In this document: piece by piece, positions 29,644 to 43,156 of the stretch
Numbering within the stretch: the first letter of the stretch is position 1
Layout of the letters: the number at the start of each line of letters is the position of its first letter
Source: Eledone cirrhosa
Taxonomy: Eukaryota
NCBI GenBank assembly: GCA_964016885.1
Contig: OZ024742.1
Coordinates: forward strand, 216,504,001-216,568,000
Direction of reading: 5' to 3'
Length of the DNA stretch: 64,000 nucleotides
The notes under the pieces: model-generated
What the model was told of the DNA's origin: nothing
The model's input: only the letters and a program-made list of their open reading frames with translations
The model's database searches: none
Program-made: the position numbers and the translations under genes

Positions 29644-31268
29644 ATACTTGGGGAGGGTCATATTTGTGTAATATTGCCAGAATTAATAACAGAACACACT
29701 CACTGTTTGGTTGGTTTTCGCTTCTCGCTGTCTTTTATATCGGTAATCTAACTTACTCGGTCCTCAATGTTGCCATTGACTGACCGACGGTCAAAAATAA
29801 TACAGATACAATATAGACACAAACACATATATATAGTTTATCATAAATCTTTCGTTGCACATCTGCAACATCGTCAGTGGTGTTATATTTTCCTCCTGTT
29901 GTGTTGTATGTCTACGCCATTTTTATTCAGTCTGTCTATATATTTATTTATTTGCTTGTTTGTTTATTTTATTTCGTCTTCTTTGCGCATGCGTTTGCGT
30001 GTGTGTATAGTGTTATGTTTGCTGTGTGATGGGTGACTAGTGTGTGTTTATGTGCTTGTTGTTATTGTGCTTGTGTATTTATTTATTTATTTATTTATTT
30101 ATCTTATTTTATTTACTTATTTATACTTCTCTTAGGTCAGTGTTGTTTGTTTGGGTGTTGTTGTTATTCCATTCATTCTTTCTGTTTAGCTTTGGTCTTC
30201 TAATTTCTATTTCACTGGCCTCTCTGATTTGCCTATCTGCTGGGTCATTTCTATGTTTAGATATTATTCTAATGTCTATGTTGTCTATGTTACCGTCATG
30301 TTGTTGTCTAGCATGTTCGTATAGTACTGACCCGTTTTTTCGTCCTTTTAGTTCCCCCCAGTGTTGGTCCATCCTTTCACCTATGCTACAAGCTGTCTCA
30401 CCTATGTATGTTGTTGTCATGTTTCTGCAAGTACCCTCTGTACATCTTATGCTATAGACTACATTTCTAGTTTTACAGTTTATCCGGGGGTTCACCTTAC
30501 ATATGATACATTTCCTATTGGTACAGTGGATTTTCTTAAAAGGGTAGGTTTTGCTGATCAGGGATTTTATGGTGGTTCCTGGCTTTTCTACCACCTTTAT
30601 CTTTAAGTGGGTCTTTCTCAGGGCCTTTCTACACTGGTTAGCTAATTTCCCTCCAGGGGTGGCGTCCACAAACATGACACTCTGGTATCTCTGGTTGTCG
30701 TACCATAAGGTGGCTTTCCCTATTTTATGTCTAGCCCTATCTAAGCTATTCCATGATTTGCTCCTGTATAATGGGCAAATTCCTTTCATGTCCAGTTCTA
30801 TGAGGGTCTTATACTTTTCCATGGCTCCTTCGTATACTCTGACTCTGTCTCTTTGGTTGTAGCCAGAGAACTGCATGCGGTTGATGAAGTGTTGGATGTG
30901 TCTTTCCATTTCTGTTGGGTCGCACATGCGGGACACATTCTTCATCACTCGTACCAAATCTGCGATCAGAATATTAAACTTAGCACTACTGGACATTGCT
31001 GAGTTTTTGAGTATCAGGTATTTGTGTTTGTGTCTATATTGTATCTGTATTATTTTTGACCGTCGGTCAGTCAATGGCAACATTGAGGACCGAGTAAGTT
31101 ATATTACCGATATAAAAGACAGCGAGAAGCGAAAACCAACCAAACAGTGAGTGTGTTCTGTTATTAATTCTGGCAATATTACACAAATATGACCCTCCCC
31201 AAGTATAACAATATTTGTTTCGACACACGAGTTCATATAAAAAACCTCGCAAAACTAATTCCTCGCCG
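29637..31268 (-). mobile_element. Penelope-like retroelement (Neptune-type) with inverted upstream pLTR
   Basis: ORF 30121-31083 encodes the RT thumb, a C-x4-C-x2-C linker and GIY-YIG (NVVYSIRC...YIGET..IGERMDQH). 29637-29827 is repeated inverted at 31023-31213 almost without mismatch; both ends abut (TA)n. Confidence 0.93.
29841..29880 (-). ncRNA. Minimal hammerhead ribozyme in PLE pLTR
   Basis: cCA-CUGACGA-u-GUUGCA-gaug-UGCAAC-GAAA-gauu-UA-UGa. Confidence 0.8.
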
Positions 31269-32126
31269 CTATATATATATATATATATATATACATATAT
31301 ATGTATATGTATATGTAAAGTCCCGACCACGGCTCAAAGCGGTTTTGGCTTGGCGCCGCTGTCGAGATTTTACACATCCCTATACCTATTCTACATCTCT
31401 ATACGACTCGACATACCTTGAGTACTCCCATGATTAGTGATCTCCTTGGTCTCGACACAGCAGACTCTCTCTCTCTCTCTATATATAATTATCCCAAAAT
31501 GTATTTACGATGAGAAACCGAGTTGGCTGTTTTGTGTAGTGCCAGAGGGATCTAAAATAGTTTAAGTGAGGTCTAGAATGATTAAACATTAATACTTAAA
31601 TGATTGTTAAAGATAAATAATTCTAAAACGGGAAAGATATATCAAATGAAAAAGAATTGTTGACAAACGGATTCTTATCCTACAAAACTTCTATTGCAGA
31701 ATTTCTGATCATAGTTTTTCGATGTACCTATAATTAATATTTTATTAAGTATGTTTTTTTCCCCATTTACCACATACTACACAATCCAATATTTATTTTT
31801 AAGTGTAAACGTTTATGTTCGTAATCATAGATATTGTACAAAAATATGGAAAATCTGAGGACAATAGTAATTCATTGATAACGGATGAGTCGCTTATTGC
31901 CTCTAACTTTACTCTTTTACTCGTTTACATGTTCCAGCCATCCGGCTGAGGCCATGCTGGCGCACCGGTGCTTCTATTCAATGGGTAATGTACAAGAAAT
32001 AAATTCATAATTAGAATATAACGTCAAATTAGGTGATTTACTATTCATAGTCAGTACAACAAATGGAATTTAAAAGATTTGCTGGTGAGACTCATTACTA
32101 TGTGAACTACTATATGTTATTCCTTT

Positions 32127-32206
<80 letters not shown>

Positions 32207-33089
32207 CCCTCATCAATTCAAAATGAGAAGCTCATCAACAACACATAAGTTTATTGAGTGAAGAATCTTTAAAAGAAAAAAAAAACAGATTAACACGAAG
32301 AATCCTTTCAAAATCAAATTTACAATTATCTCTGTGAAGTTTCGGTTGTTTTACGGCTATAATTTAAACACTTTAAAAATACCCTTTTGAAAATTAAAAT
32401 CGGTAGCTAATTAGCTTTGAAAAAATGACTTACCGTTGAAATAGCTTGGAAAGTTATGGGTGCCTTGTTATTTCATAATTGTCACAACTGTGATAGTTTC
32501 GCCGTAGAAATGTAATTACTTGACTTATTTCAAATAACATTTTGTAATACAGAAATAATTACTTGAAACATTGTCACACTAAAGATAATATATGTGATCA
32601 CAATGTGTGAGGATTCTCACAGAAGTCAAAAGAGATTTGTATTATTTTCTGAGAATTTATAATATATTCTAACCAAGTTAATTATTAGAAATAGTTATAT
32701 CAATGATTGTTATTGTGTAAAGCAAACAAGGTAAGTGGTCTAAATCTTATTTATAATCCATTAGATTCTAGTGGTGCATTTCAATAACCATTGACATATT
32801 CACTTCTCTTTATATAATATTAATATTTTTATTTTTTAATTTACGTATAGTATATTCGATGATATAACGTACGTTTATTTAAAAAGAATTTGAAGACCAT
32901 TCCCTATGAGTTTTAAAGTAGTGACTCCGCACTTACTTGGTCTCAGCAAAAGCAAATGGAAGTAATCGACGGTCGTTTCTCGCTTGTTAGCGGTTGTCTC
33001 GCTTCCGCCGAGAGTTATAGAAGCTGGATTCTGAGAGAATTCCAGTAATGTTTAAGATCTAACAACCGCTAACGAGCGAGCAGGAATAT

Positions 33090-34400
33090 GGAAAGTATGC
33101 ACGAAAGATGTACCAGAAATTTGAATAAAAGGAGGAGTGGTGCCTCTGCCCCAAAGGGGTAAACTGGGATACACAGCAAGTTAATGAGGAATTACTTTGT
33201 CAGAAGTTGCAGCTAAAATCTACTACAGAATGCTACTAAATGGAGTAGTACCATATCTGGACCTGAGTAAATCAGGATGGTTTCAAAGAGAATAGATCGA
33301 CTACCTCATAAATATTAACAATGAGAAGACTACTAGAAGCCGTCAAATCAAAGAGCCTGAAAACTATGTTAATTTTCAATGAGTTCAAAAAGGATTTTCA
33401 CTCCATCCATACAGGAAAGCTTATGTCAATCCTTGTTGCATATGGCATACATGATGCCATAGTTTCTGCTATAAATGTACTCTTTATAAACATGGAAGCT
33501 CCTGGTGGTGATACCGAGGTTTTTCTTTTAAAGACTAACGGGTGCGCTTGAATATGATACATTGGCAATATATCTTTTGATAATCGTTCTGTACTACGTA
33601 ATGAGGGAAACTATTGTTAAGGTACATATCTAGGCTTTAAATTGACACAAATAAGAAGTAAGGGAAGCCTACCAACTGTTATATGTGATACATATTTTGC
33701 TGATGACATAGTTCATAGAGTCGAATTCTCTGCCAGGAAAATAGATTTATACATAAATGTTACAATGACAGAGTACATGTTACTAAACTAAACCGATGGA
33801 AATTTTGTCACACTGGATGGCAGAATACTAGATCAAGTTGAATATTTTCTATATTTGGGATGGTGGATTAGTTCATCAAAAATAGACATTGAAATTAAAA
33901 TGTCTAAGTTCACCTGCGGTGAACAAAATGCAAAGATAATGGAAGTCAGATTTACTCAGAAAATGAAACAGCATTCTTCAGAACACCTGTTAGATCAGTA
34001 TTGCTGTATGGATCAGGTACATGGATTCTGACACAAGCACTTGAGAAAAAACTAGATGGTGCATACACTAAGGGGCTTAGGGTTGTACAAAATATAAACT
34101 GGTGTCAACGTATTACAAATGAAAGTGTATACGGAAACTTACCCAAGATAACAACTACAATTGCCCAAAGATGATTTCGATTTTCAAGATTTTCCTGGAG
34201 AAGCAAGCAGGAAGTTATACACAAGCTACTATTGTAGGAAGCAACTCAGGAGAGACGATTGAATCTCCATGGATCAACTCCCAGACGATACAAACCTCAG
34301 TAGGCAGCAGTTATCAGGAGCAGTGGAAAATCGGGAATTGAGGAGTGACTTTGTAATGAATGTTCGACAGTGATCGCAATGATCATATTGACGATGATGG
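33090..34400 (+). mobile_element. RTE-clade LINE, 5'-truncated and decayed
   Basis: RT motifs: VVPLP..GITL..VAAKIY.RMLL, MRRLLEAVK..LIFNEFKKDFHSIH, YFADDI, FLYLG, SVLLYGSGTW.LT; ends in a gat-rich tail. Confidence 0.88.
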
Positions 34401-36302
34401 CAAATGTTTCATAGATAACTTTAAAGAATATAAGGTTTCCTTAAAAAATAACCGTTCCTAGAATTGAGTAGTTTATGGTAGAAACCATAATTTAAATTCC
34501 TAAATTATGACTGCTTCCAAACAGTAGTGAGTGTCAGTTTTGCTACAAATTGAAATCAATGTAAATATTATGACACTATAATTAAATTACTGATCTAATA
34601 TAAGTAAGATAGTTTTATATATCATGATCTTACTAAATATATCTTCTATACCTTACAGAGATATATCAACTATTTCTTATTGATAAATATGTATAAGAGA
34701 TTTCTGACACATGATTTAACATGTTCAATTTGATAGTACGGTAACTCTCACAGTTTGAGATTAATGACCTGTGCACACTGTTTAGATTCTATTTAGTTTC
34801 CGTTATTTTCCTGTTCAAACATTTTTACCCTACAACTAAAGATTATTATGAATTATATATCCTTGTTCTTAGAAATTCTACCATGAAATATAGTTTTCTT
34901 TCTTGCCTGATACTTCAAAGGTAAAATCATTAAACCCAAAGCTTGAGTCCGAAAATTTCATGAAAGCAATTTACACCCACCGACTTTTACAAGATATATT
35001 GCATCTTCTACTAACAGAATACTAAAGCAATTAGCCACTAAATAAATGTTTTATGATACAACCATTTTCTCGCAGATTAATAGGTACGTGATGATTGTGG
35101 TGGATTTCCTTCCACAGAAGAGAAAAGTTTTTACTTTGATTTAAAGATTCCTATAGACTCCTTTGTTTCCGCCAAATGCAAGATATTCCGAACATTATTT
35201 CGATGGAATATCTAATTATACAGATATTTAATTTAGCTGTGTCGGTTCAAAATCATATATAACCCATTTAGATCATGATTATTCATCCAGTAACATTTTA
35301 ATTGTCTTCCTGCAGAAACGACATTACAGGAATTATTAAGTAAATGCTTACTCAATGTTTCTGTCTCTAAAGAAATAATGCTTATTCTGTGACATATTTG
35401 TAGCTGTTGATTCAAAAGCGATATTTGAAATAAGCCATATTCTACCACAGTCGAGTTATTAATCGAATCGTTTCATATTTTGTCTCATATTCAGTAACGT
35501 ATAATTAACTTTCAGACACCTGTCATGAGAAAGATTTAATATGCAGAATTCAGAGCACCTTTTGAAGAGAGATTCTCTCTTTGCTAACCAATAACATACG
35601 GAAATATTTCATATTAAGACAATTCCTTGAGTTGATTTTATCTGAAGGAATGTTTGTTTTATGAACACATTTTTATTATTCTATACAATGTGAATAATCA
35701 ATTTCTCTAGAAACGATAATCAATTATTTCGAAAATGTTATGGGAGCCCTAGCCTAGTTAATATGGTGATGATTACCAGGTTTTAGTAGGTTACGAAAGA
35801 CGTATTAATTAAAGTAAATTCTTACGGATACCATATTTGTCATGGGCATTTAGCAATTGCTCATATATCAATTGTTGTACACGCAAATTTCAATTTATAA
35901 TAAACATTGTCAGAATTGAAAACTAAATGTAAATCATTCACACAAAATATTGAATCAGCATTAATATTATTCATATATTATTTTCCGCGTAGTCAATTTA
36001 TGAGATATATCGACATATACATTGATAGAGTGAGTACAAAATAGAAAATGATATTCCAAGATATTTTTAATGAATTCTTAAATGTAAGATACATAAATTA
36101 ATTTCTCATTCCTTCACTTACTACAGTCTTGCGATTTTGGTTTTCGCATGGGTCTATTTACAAAGAATGTCATACAGGGTCACTATTAACGCACAGCAAA
36201 TAATATTTTATAATCTGCCGTCTATTCTTGTTCCTCGCCGTCATTAACCCGAGTTGGTTTTATCCAAGAAATGTCAGAACACATGCAATTAACCTTACTG
36301 AT

Positions 36303-36355
<53 letters not shown>

Positions 36356-36456
36356 TAAACAATGAGTTATATGCCTTGTTGATAAGTATTCAACAGAATT
36401 ATGTTTATAACAGATATGAAGTACTCTACTGTTAAATTTTATCTGGAGTATTACAA

Positions 36457-36650
36457 TAATTGTTTCTACTTTTGGCACAAGGCCAGCAATTACTCAGTGC
36501 ATTACTGGTACTTTATTTTATCGACCCCGTAAGGATGAAAGGCAAAGTTAACCTCGGCGGGATTTGAACTCAGAATGGCAAAGGCCGTAACTCTATGCGT
36601 CAAAGCATGGCGTCCGACCCTCTACCAATACTGCCAATCCACCGCCATTA
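36457..36650 (-). mobile_element. tRNA-derived SINE (main family), near full length
   Basis: Close reverse-complement match to 6463-6642. Confidence 0.9.
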
Positions 36651-36657
36651 CAATAAT

Positions 36658-36894
36658 AATAATAGTAATAAATGGAAAATATATCACTATAGACCTCATA
36701 CGGTCAACTTAAAATAGGCATGCCTATTTTCAGTTGACCGTATGTGGTATGCCTATTTTGGTCGGTATGTCACTATCTTATACATCAAATATTGTATTTT
36801 ATATGATGAAAGCATACTATAAATTTGTATCCTAGAAACATATATAATGGAATAAATATGATGCTATATTGATATATTTTCCATTTATTACTAT

Positions 36895-36897
<3 letters not shown>
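36658..36897. mobile_element. Small TIR element with internal palindrome
   Basis: ~33-bp TIRs (ataatagtaataaatggaaaatatatca.tatag) at 36659-36692 and 36864-36897; internal ~56-bp palindrome 36693-36748 centred on GCATGC. Confidence 0.7.
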
Positions 36898-36926
<29 letters not shown>

Positions 36927-36934
36927 TATATGTG

Positions 36935-37012
<78 letters not shown>

Positions 37013-37064
37013 GATAGAGCGCGTGCGAGAGAGATAGAGAGATAGAGTGCGTGTGTGTGTGAGA

Positions 37065-37109
<45 letters not shown>

Positions 37110-37644
37110 GGAGAAAAGGAGGAGAGGAAGAAAGATGGACACAAAATACAACAAAAGAGCATTCAATATATTCCATAGGGTATATATTTTTTCTTTGTCT
37201 TAACTGTGAATCAGAACTGCGCAGCTTGGAATTTCACTGAAGTGTGAAAATACGCCCCTGGTCCCTTGGGTGCTTGGTTCTGATTGGTAATGCTTCCAAA
37301 TCTTCTAAATAAGGCTGCTTTGCATTGGATATTAGGTGAGGCTCATCGTATCTGGTTGGTTCAACACACAAAATTTGCTATTACACATAAGTGAGTAAGT
37401 TACTTTCTGCTGAATGGCGTTGGATAAATTGTTTGCTACCAAGTACTGATAGGTATATATAGGAATGTTGTAAAGGTTTATGGTATGTATGCATGGTCCC
37501 GTAACTCGTGTGGGAGTCGCGGGGATTCTAAGACATATTAAACTTGACGGAGCCCAATCCTATCAAGATCTGAATACAAAGGAGCTACCACAGAAGGAGA
37601 GAGAGTGATAGAGAGGAATTGAAAAAGAAATATAGAGAAGGAAT

Positions 37645-37782
37645 CGACTCCAGTACTTGACTGATACTTTTATCATCGACCAGAAACGAGTGCTGGGATT
37701 TGAACTCAGAGAGAAGATAGCCGGAACGAATGCCGCAAAGCATACTATCCAACATTCTAATAAATCTGCCACTTCGCTGCCT
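37645..37782 (-). mobile_element. Diverged SINE (main family)
   Basis: gatacttttatcatcgacc...gggatttgaactcag...gcaaagcat...ctgcc. Confidence 0.65.
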
Positions 37783-37884
37783 TTTCATTTATAGTATACC
37801 ATTATGTATACTGGTTTAAAATTAGCAGCATTAGTGGCAATGGGATGGTATTATAATTTTCTTATTAAGGAATGCAGTGGAATA

Positions 37885-38795
37885 TCTATTTATATAAAAC
37901 TGAGGATGTCTGTCTGTGTGTGTATGAGTTTGAATCCCTAAAACTCGAGAACCACCCAACTGACAGTTTTCAAACTTTGCACATGTAATACTTATGTTTC
38001 AGGGAGTGTTCTGAACAAAAGGTATTTCAAATTTTCAATGCCCTAGGGACCGCATTAGGCGATTTAGCGATCTCTCTCTATAATTCTTAGTCTTTCTCTT
38101 TTTAGATAGATACATACATATAACGTCGCGCCCTTATAATATCTGTCTGTATGTCTGGCTGTCTGTATTACGTCACTACCCTGAGGATGTCTGTCTCTGT
38201 GTGTGTGAGTTTGAATCCCTAAAACTCTCGAAAAGTACCCAACCGACTTTTTTCAAACTTTACATGTGTATTACTTATGTTTCAGGGAGTGTTATGCACA
38301 TAAAAAATTCAACTTTTTCATCCCCTAGGGCCCGCATTAGGTGAAAAACTGCGTTTCTTCAGGTTTTTAGGGGTTTTTTTAGACGTTACGTCAGACTGAT
38401 TTCCTTGAAATTGTAACTATGTATTAATCAGTCTCTTCTTCATACCGGGAGCAAAGAAAATCTAACTTTTTTATATCTTATTAGACATGATTAGGTGAAA
38501 CATCTCATTTTTTCAGGTATTTAGGGCTTTTTTGAGGCGTTACGTCTAGCCGATTTTACCGAAATTTCAAGGCATGTTATGCACATAAAAAAAATTCATT
38601 TTCTTGATCCAATAGGGCCCGCATTAGGTGAAAACCTGCATTTTTCCTGCTTCATCGAGGAAAATCTTAAAGATTATCCAGCCATCAGAGTATTCGGTTT
38701 ATTTTCTTTACATATTGTCGAGGCATGCAGTAGGTCTGTTGGCGGCCCGAGTTCCAAAATACCTTATCCCGTGCAACGCCGGGTACCACTGCTAG
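37885..38795 (+). mobile_element. Non-autonomous Helitron with internal duplications
   Basis: 5' a|TCtatttatataaaa..gtctgtctg; 3' hairpin cccgtgcaacgccggg then CTAG|t. Segment 37900-38060 is repeated at 38181-38340 and 38292-38350 is repeated at 38576-38640. Confidence 0.85.
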
Positions 38796-39714
38796 TATTA
38801 AATAAGCTTTACAGAATATTGTTAACTGCTAAAAGCTTCCCGGTAGCTGTCAGAATGTCAGTGCATTTGTTTTTTAAGAGATACAATCCTTGTTGCATTA
38901 TGTGAAAATTCTCGAAGATGCAAATCCGATAGCTGTAGGCCCCTATTGGTATAGGTAGAGACTATATAAAAAAACGCATCGAGTTATACTGAGAGGAGAA
39001 TAGCTTGATCCTGGTTGCTCCTGTTAAAATAGTACAGGAAAGCGGAGGTTTCTTATTCCGGAACCTGAAGGAATTTATATGTTGAGCAAATCCTTTACAG
39101 CCATTATCTGTAAGACCTGTGTAATAACTTCAAATGCTATCGAGTGGGATAAAAGCAAATGAAATTATAAAGCACTGTTTTGAAATTCAGAATACACTCA
39201 GTAGTTAGATGGTTTAATTTTAGCTGTTGTGCTTCAGCGTATGTTTGTGTAGGTTTATATTTGTTTCTGTTATAGCGTGCGTTGGTGAAAATGATAAACT
39301 CGAGGCAACCTTAAATCACCATAATGTTGTACGCAGGAAAATGCGTTTATATCTTCTTGGGAATATCTTCTTCGGAATAAACATACTAACTTATCTAGGT
39401 ACTTCATATCCTTAATCATGTCTAATAAGATATAAGAAGTTTCTAGTTGTGTTATAGAAAATATTTAGATTGATGGCTACATTGAATGGACGATTTAACC
39501 AGATTATTTTTCTCTTCTTAAATCTCCTCTCGTGAACACCTGATTATGAAGTAGTGTGACTCTGAATTAGATATCTTTGTTTGAGGATCGATTAGTAAAA
39601 TGGCTATTGACATCGACTACTATGCTCTTTATTGTTTTTCTGGCAGGTGGGGGGTAGTATAGTATTTGTATAAGTTGTTGTCTAGGGTAATGACCAGGAA
39701 TTGTGTGCGATAGC

Positions 39715-39868
39715 TACTGTATTTCCCGGGGCCGAAGACGCACCCTAATTTTGACAACTAAAAATTTGATAAAGAATAATAAACAACCTTCCGCCTCCAG
39801 GACGCATGGTAGATCTTTGAGACTTATTTTAGGAAAAAAGTAGTGACTTTGACGCCGGGAAAACGGAC
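39715..39868. mobile_element. pogo/Tc2-like MITE
   Basis: TA-ctgtatttcccgg...gacgcac at left and gacgccgggaaaacgg at right form imperfect TIRs. Confidence 0.55.
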
Positions 39869-39999
39869 TCCTTCAAGATTCATATTAAGTTATTTGTTCA
39901 TATTAATTGTTTCCATACCGTCACCGTTCTTATTTCTTGAGATTGCTAAACAATTGTAACATATATCCATCTTAAAGTTGTTCAGAAAAATAATGATTT

Positions 40000-40212
40000 T
40001 TAATATAGGCACAAGGCCAGTAATTTTGAGTGGCGGGGAAAGTCGATTAAAACGTCCCTAGTATAGTGGTGCTTTATTTTATAGACCTTGTAAGGATGAA
40101 AGGCAAAGCTAACCTCGGCACGATTTGAACTCAGAACGTAAAGGGTCATAACTCTATGCCGCTAAGCATGTTGTCCGACGCTCTACCGATTCTGCCAATC
40201 TACCACCGTAAT
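40000..40212 (-). mobile_element. tRNA-derived SINE (main family)
   Basis: Reverse complement of the main SINE. Confidence 0.85.
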
Positions 40213-40379
40213 ACTGGATGTACCGTTGTCCAACATTTAACGAATCCTTATTTATGTCAATACCGGAGCTATTATTACCCACTATCGCTGTATAGGAAGT
40301 GAAAAAAGTTTAAAGAAACACTATTTCATACTGGATATAATGTCATCTAATATTCCTTTGGAAATAGAGTGAAATGTTT

Positions 40380-40680
40380 TGAAGAAGTGTTATTGCATTA
40401 CCGGACATAATGTTATCCAGGATGTAAGAAACATTATCTCAAAACTGAGGTGGTTTGGCAAAGATAATATCTTGATGTCTAGGGACAGACGGGTTCCTGG
40501 ATCACGCCTGATTTTCACCTTTAGCCGGTTAAACTTAGTGAGGAACTGGAGACTTGGAGATGAGATAGTCTCTACTAATGTGCCAGGATTGATATACAGT
40601 CAAACGTCTAGAGTGTAGACAGCATTACGATTAGCTACATCAGTTGCGGGAACTTGATTGCTTGAGAGATTGATTCCTTA
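40380..40680 (+). mobile_element. Possible decayed RTE-like LINE 3' end
   Basis: KLRWFG....MSRDRRVP..LIF resembles the RTE C-terminal LRW.GH..RM...R.P motif. Confidence 0.35.
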
Positions 40681-41049
40681 TTAACCTAGCATGAATCAAC
40701 ATGATATAAGAATGACTTTTGCGCGTTCATGACTATTCAAAAACGACGGTGTTAATCTTGGGTAAACAGTATGGTTATTTTAGGAGAATGGTTTTCATAT
40801 GAAGTATTAGAAAACTGTGATATCGAACTGGATGCATTTGCAGCTTGTTCTATTCATCATACGGCAGACCCAATTGACGACGACGATGCCACATTTCCAT
40901 TTAACTAATCCAGTAACCCATTAGATGACGGATTGACGATGTAGGCGTGTACATATATTACATGCATCCGTCATTTACTTTATACATAAAATACATATGG
41001 CATCAGTGACCTCAGTAGTAGTGGCAATAGTAATAATATAATATAACCA

Positions 41050-41285
41050 ATCTAAGTATCGGCCACTCTCTGATAGAGTTATGGTAGAGCCTTTAGCCGT
41101 GGAGACATCTGGCGTTCTTGTCCCCCGGACAACATCGCCATTCATTGCTAAGGGAGTCGAATTGGCTGGCCGCAGATGCGACCCCCGCGAAGCGGAGTGG
41201 CTGTTCTAGCGCATCTCCTTCGTCGTGCGCTGGGGCGATGTATTCACCATACTATCAGCGGATGGTAAGTTGGAGGAAGCTGTGA
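41050..41285 (+). mobile_element. CRE-like LINE 3' fragment (RLE domain)
   Basis: KYRPLS...EPLAVETSGVL.PR....DPREAEWLF.RIS; homologous to the minus-strand element at 62200-62450. Confidence 0.75.
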
Positions 41286-41989
41286 TGAGAAACTATCATA
41301 CTGTTTTCGTTTTGATTTAATGTAAAATAGTTACATATAACCAGTCTAGACAGTATGTAGTACCACACACATTAAGTGAGAATCGGTATTGACATATAGA
41401 AATGCGATAAGATAAAATTAAATTAAATTGAATTAAGGCTGAAGATAAATGAACATTAAATAAGTAAGAAATAAATCACAAGTAAAAGGGTAAGAGTAAA
41501 TAGTTCAGAAGCAGTAACAAAAGACAAAAAAAAGTATAGTGATATATGCTAAAAGTACCAAGATCAGATTATGCCAACGCCCAATATATATCACAAAATA
41601 GATGGTCGTACCGAGATATGAAATATGCTAAAAACGTATAAGATGTATACAGGCAGGGAGGAGAAGGGTATTCCTTGTATTATTAGCTAAAGAAAATGAA
41701 TGGAAAGTATTTAGTGCTCAGAGTTAATACACGCGAAAATAGTAGCCAGCCAACGATCCCGGGGTGTGGGCTTGATTCCTAGGGGGTTGATCATGTAAGC
41801 TAACCTGCCTTCATTGTAGTAGGTCAAACAATACCGCAATAACTAATGTAGGGAGACAAGGTGTGAGTCCTACTAGGAGTTTTGGGTGGCCCCGAGAGGT
41901 AATTAGAAAGAAATAGAGATAGAAAGAGATAGAAACAGGCAAAAAGGGGTCCCCCTAGAACACAAAGATACAGGGATACTAACCATAGA

Positions 41990-42460
41990 GCTTGAGGAAA
42001 GTTCTTGTCCTCATGTGTAGACAAACACCAAAGAAGTCACCCCTTCTGTTAATTATTTGCGGTTCCCTTCTGAGTATTCCAATAGTCTAACACAGACAGA
42101 GACTGCAAATATCTCACCCACCGCCGTCTGGGTGAGCCTTCTGAACCTTAGACCAAACTAAAGAATACGAAGTCTTGTCTAACTTAAGCTCCCATATCAG
42201 TTCCAAAAGGATTGTGCTTTTTCGTTTATCGATTCTATTAAGGAAGTTGCTGAGATTGTACCACCTATCCATGATGTTCGTCAACGCAGTTGCTATGTAT
42301 TTGGAGGCAATGACCTTGCTCTGGTAAACTAGATTTTTTATCAGGCATTTGTTGTCAAGAGAGCAGCAGGCATGGTTTCTGCAGTTGCTTAATCTGATCG
42401 ACACCAGTGTATAACCTGTGGCATGTCTAATGGGTACCATATGGTTTCATATGTACCCTT
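41990..42460 (-). mobile_element. Second-family PLE fragment (GIY-YIG endonuclease), decayed
   Basis: NCR..CSLDNKCLIKNLVYQ..KYIATA.T..DRWYN...IWELK....WSKVQKAHP..G..ICSLCL...N.R...H matches the PLE EN domain. Confidence 0.8.
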
Positions 42461-42490
42461 ATTACATACATACATGCATACATACATACA

Positions 42491-43044
42491 TGGTGGCTGC
42501 CAACTCGTTTTCGAGTACGGCCACTACTTTATATCCATGTAGGAGAACCCCTACCGATGCGCTGAACGAGTGTGACTTTTTAGTCTAGCCAGAGACTTGA
42601 AAACTCTGGTACAAACACTACACCTGTGACAATTATTGACACATAGTGCTGGGCCCATGGTACCATGTGACGACAAGTGCAGAGAGATCTCCAGATACAA
42701 AGCAATGCCTGTGCCGTGAAGCTTTTATAGTGAGCAAAGGCACTGCACAAAGCCAGTCCCACTCTCTTAACCAAGATGATATTTACCAAAAAGAAGAACA
42801 AGTCAACATCATTGGATACCATCAGGGTTGCAGGTGTTATATCAGAGTTTTCCTTCTCCTAGAATTCTGCCTTGACAAAGGCTAAGGGGTCATCTCTCCC
42901 AGTGATTTTGGATTGCCATTGACTCTTAAGAGCTCCTTTGCCCTTTGACAGGTTTTGTTTTTAGTCCTGCAGGATGTCCAAAGTCACCCTCCTCACCAAG
43001 AAACCTTGGTGGGGTTGCCAGTTTAGTCGCCAACGACCCGACCA
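42491..43044 (-). mobile_element. RTE-related non-autonomous retroelement with (TGTA)n tail
   Basis: Minus strand has an RTE-5'UTR-like block (ctaggagaaggaaaactctga) and ends gagttggcagccacca-(tgta)n; seven copies in the window share sequence. Confidence 0.75.
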
Positions 43045-43120
43045 TACATACATACATACATACATACATACATACATACATACATACATACATACATACA
43101 TACATACATACATACATACA

Positions 43121-43156
<36 letters not shown>

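Noticed and set aside
29767-31083. Two ORFs with the same N-terminus MLPLTDRRSKIIQIQYRHKH
   Set aside because: Artefact of the inverted pLTR; not a real N-terminus or gene duplication.
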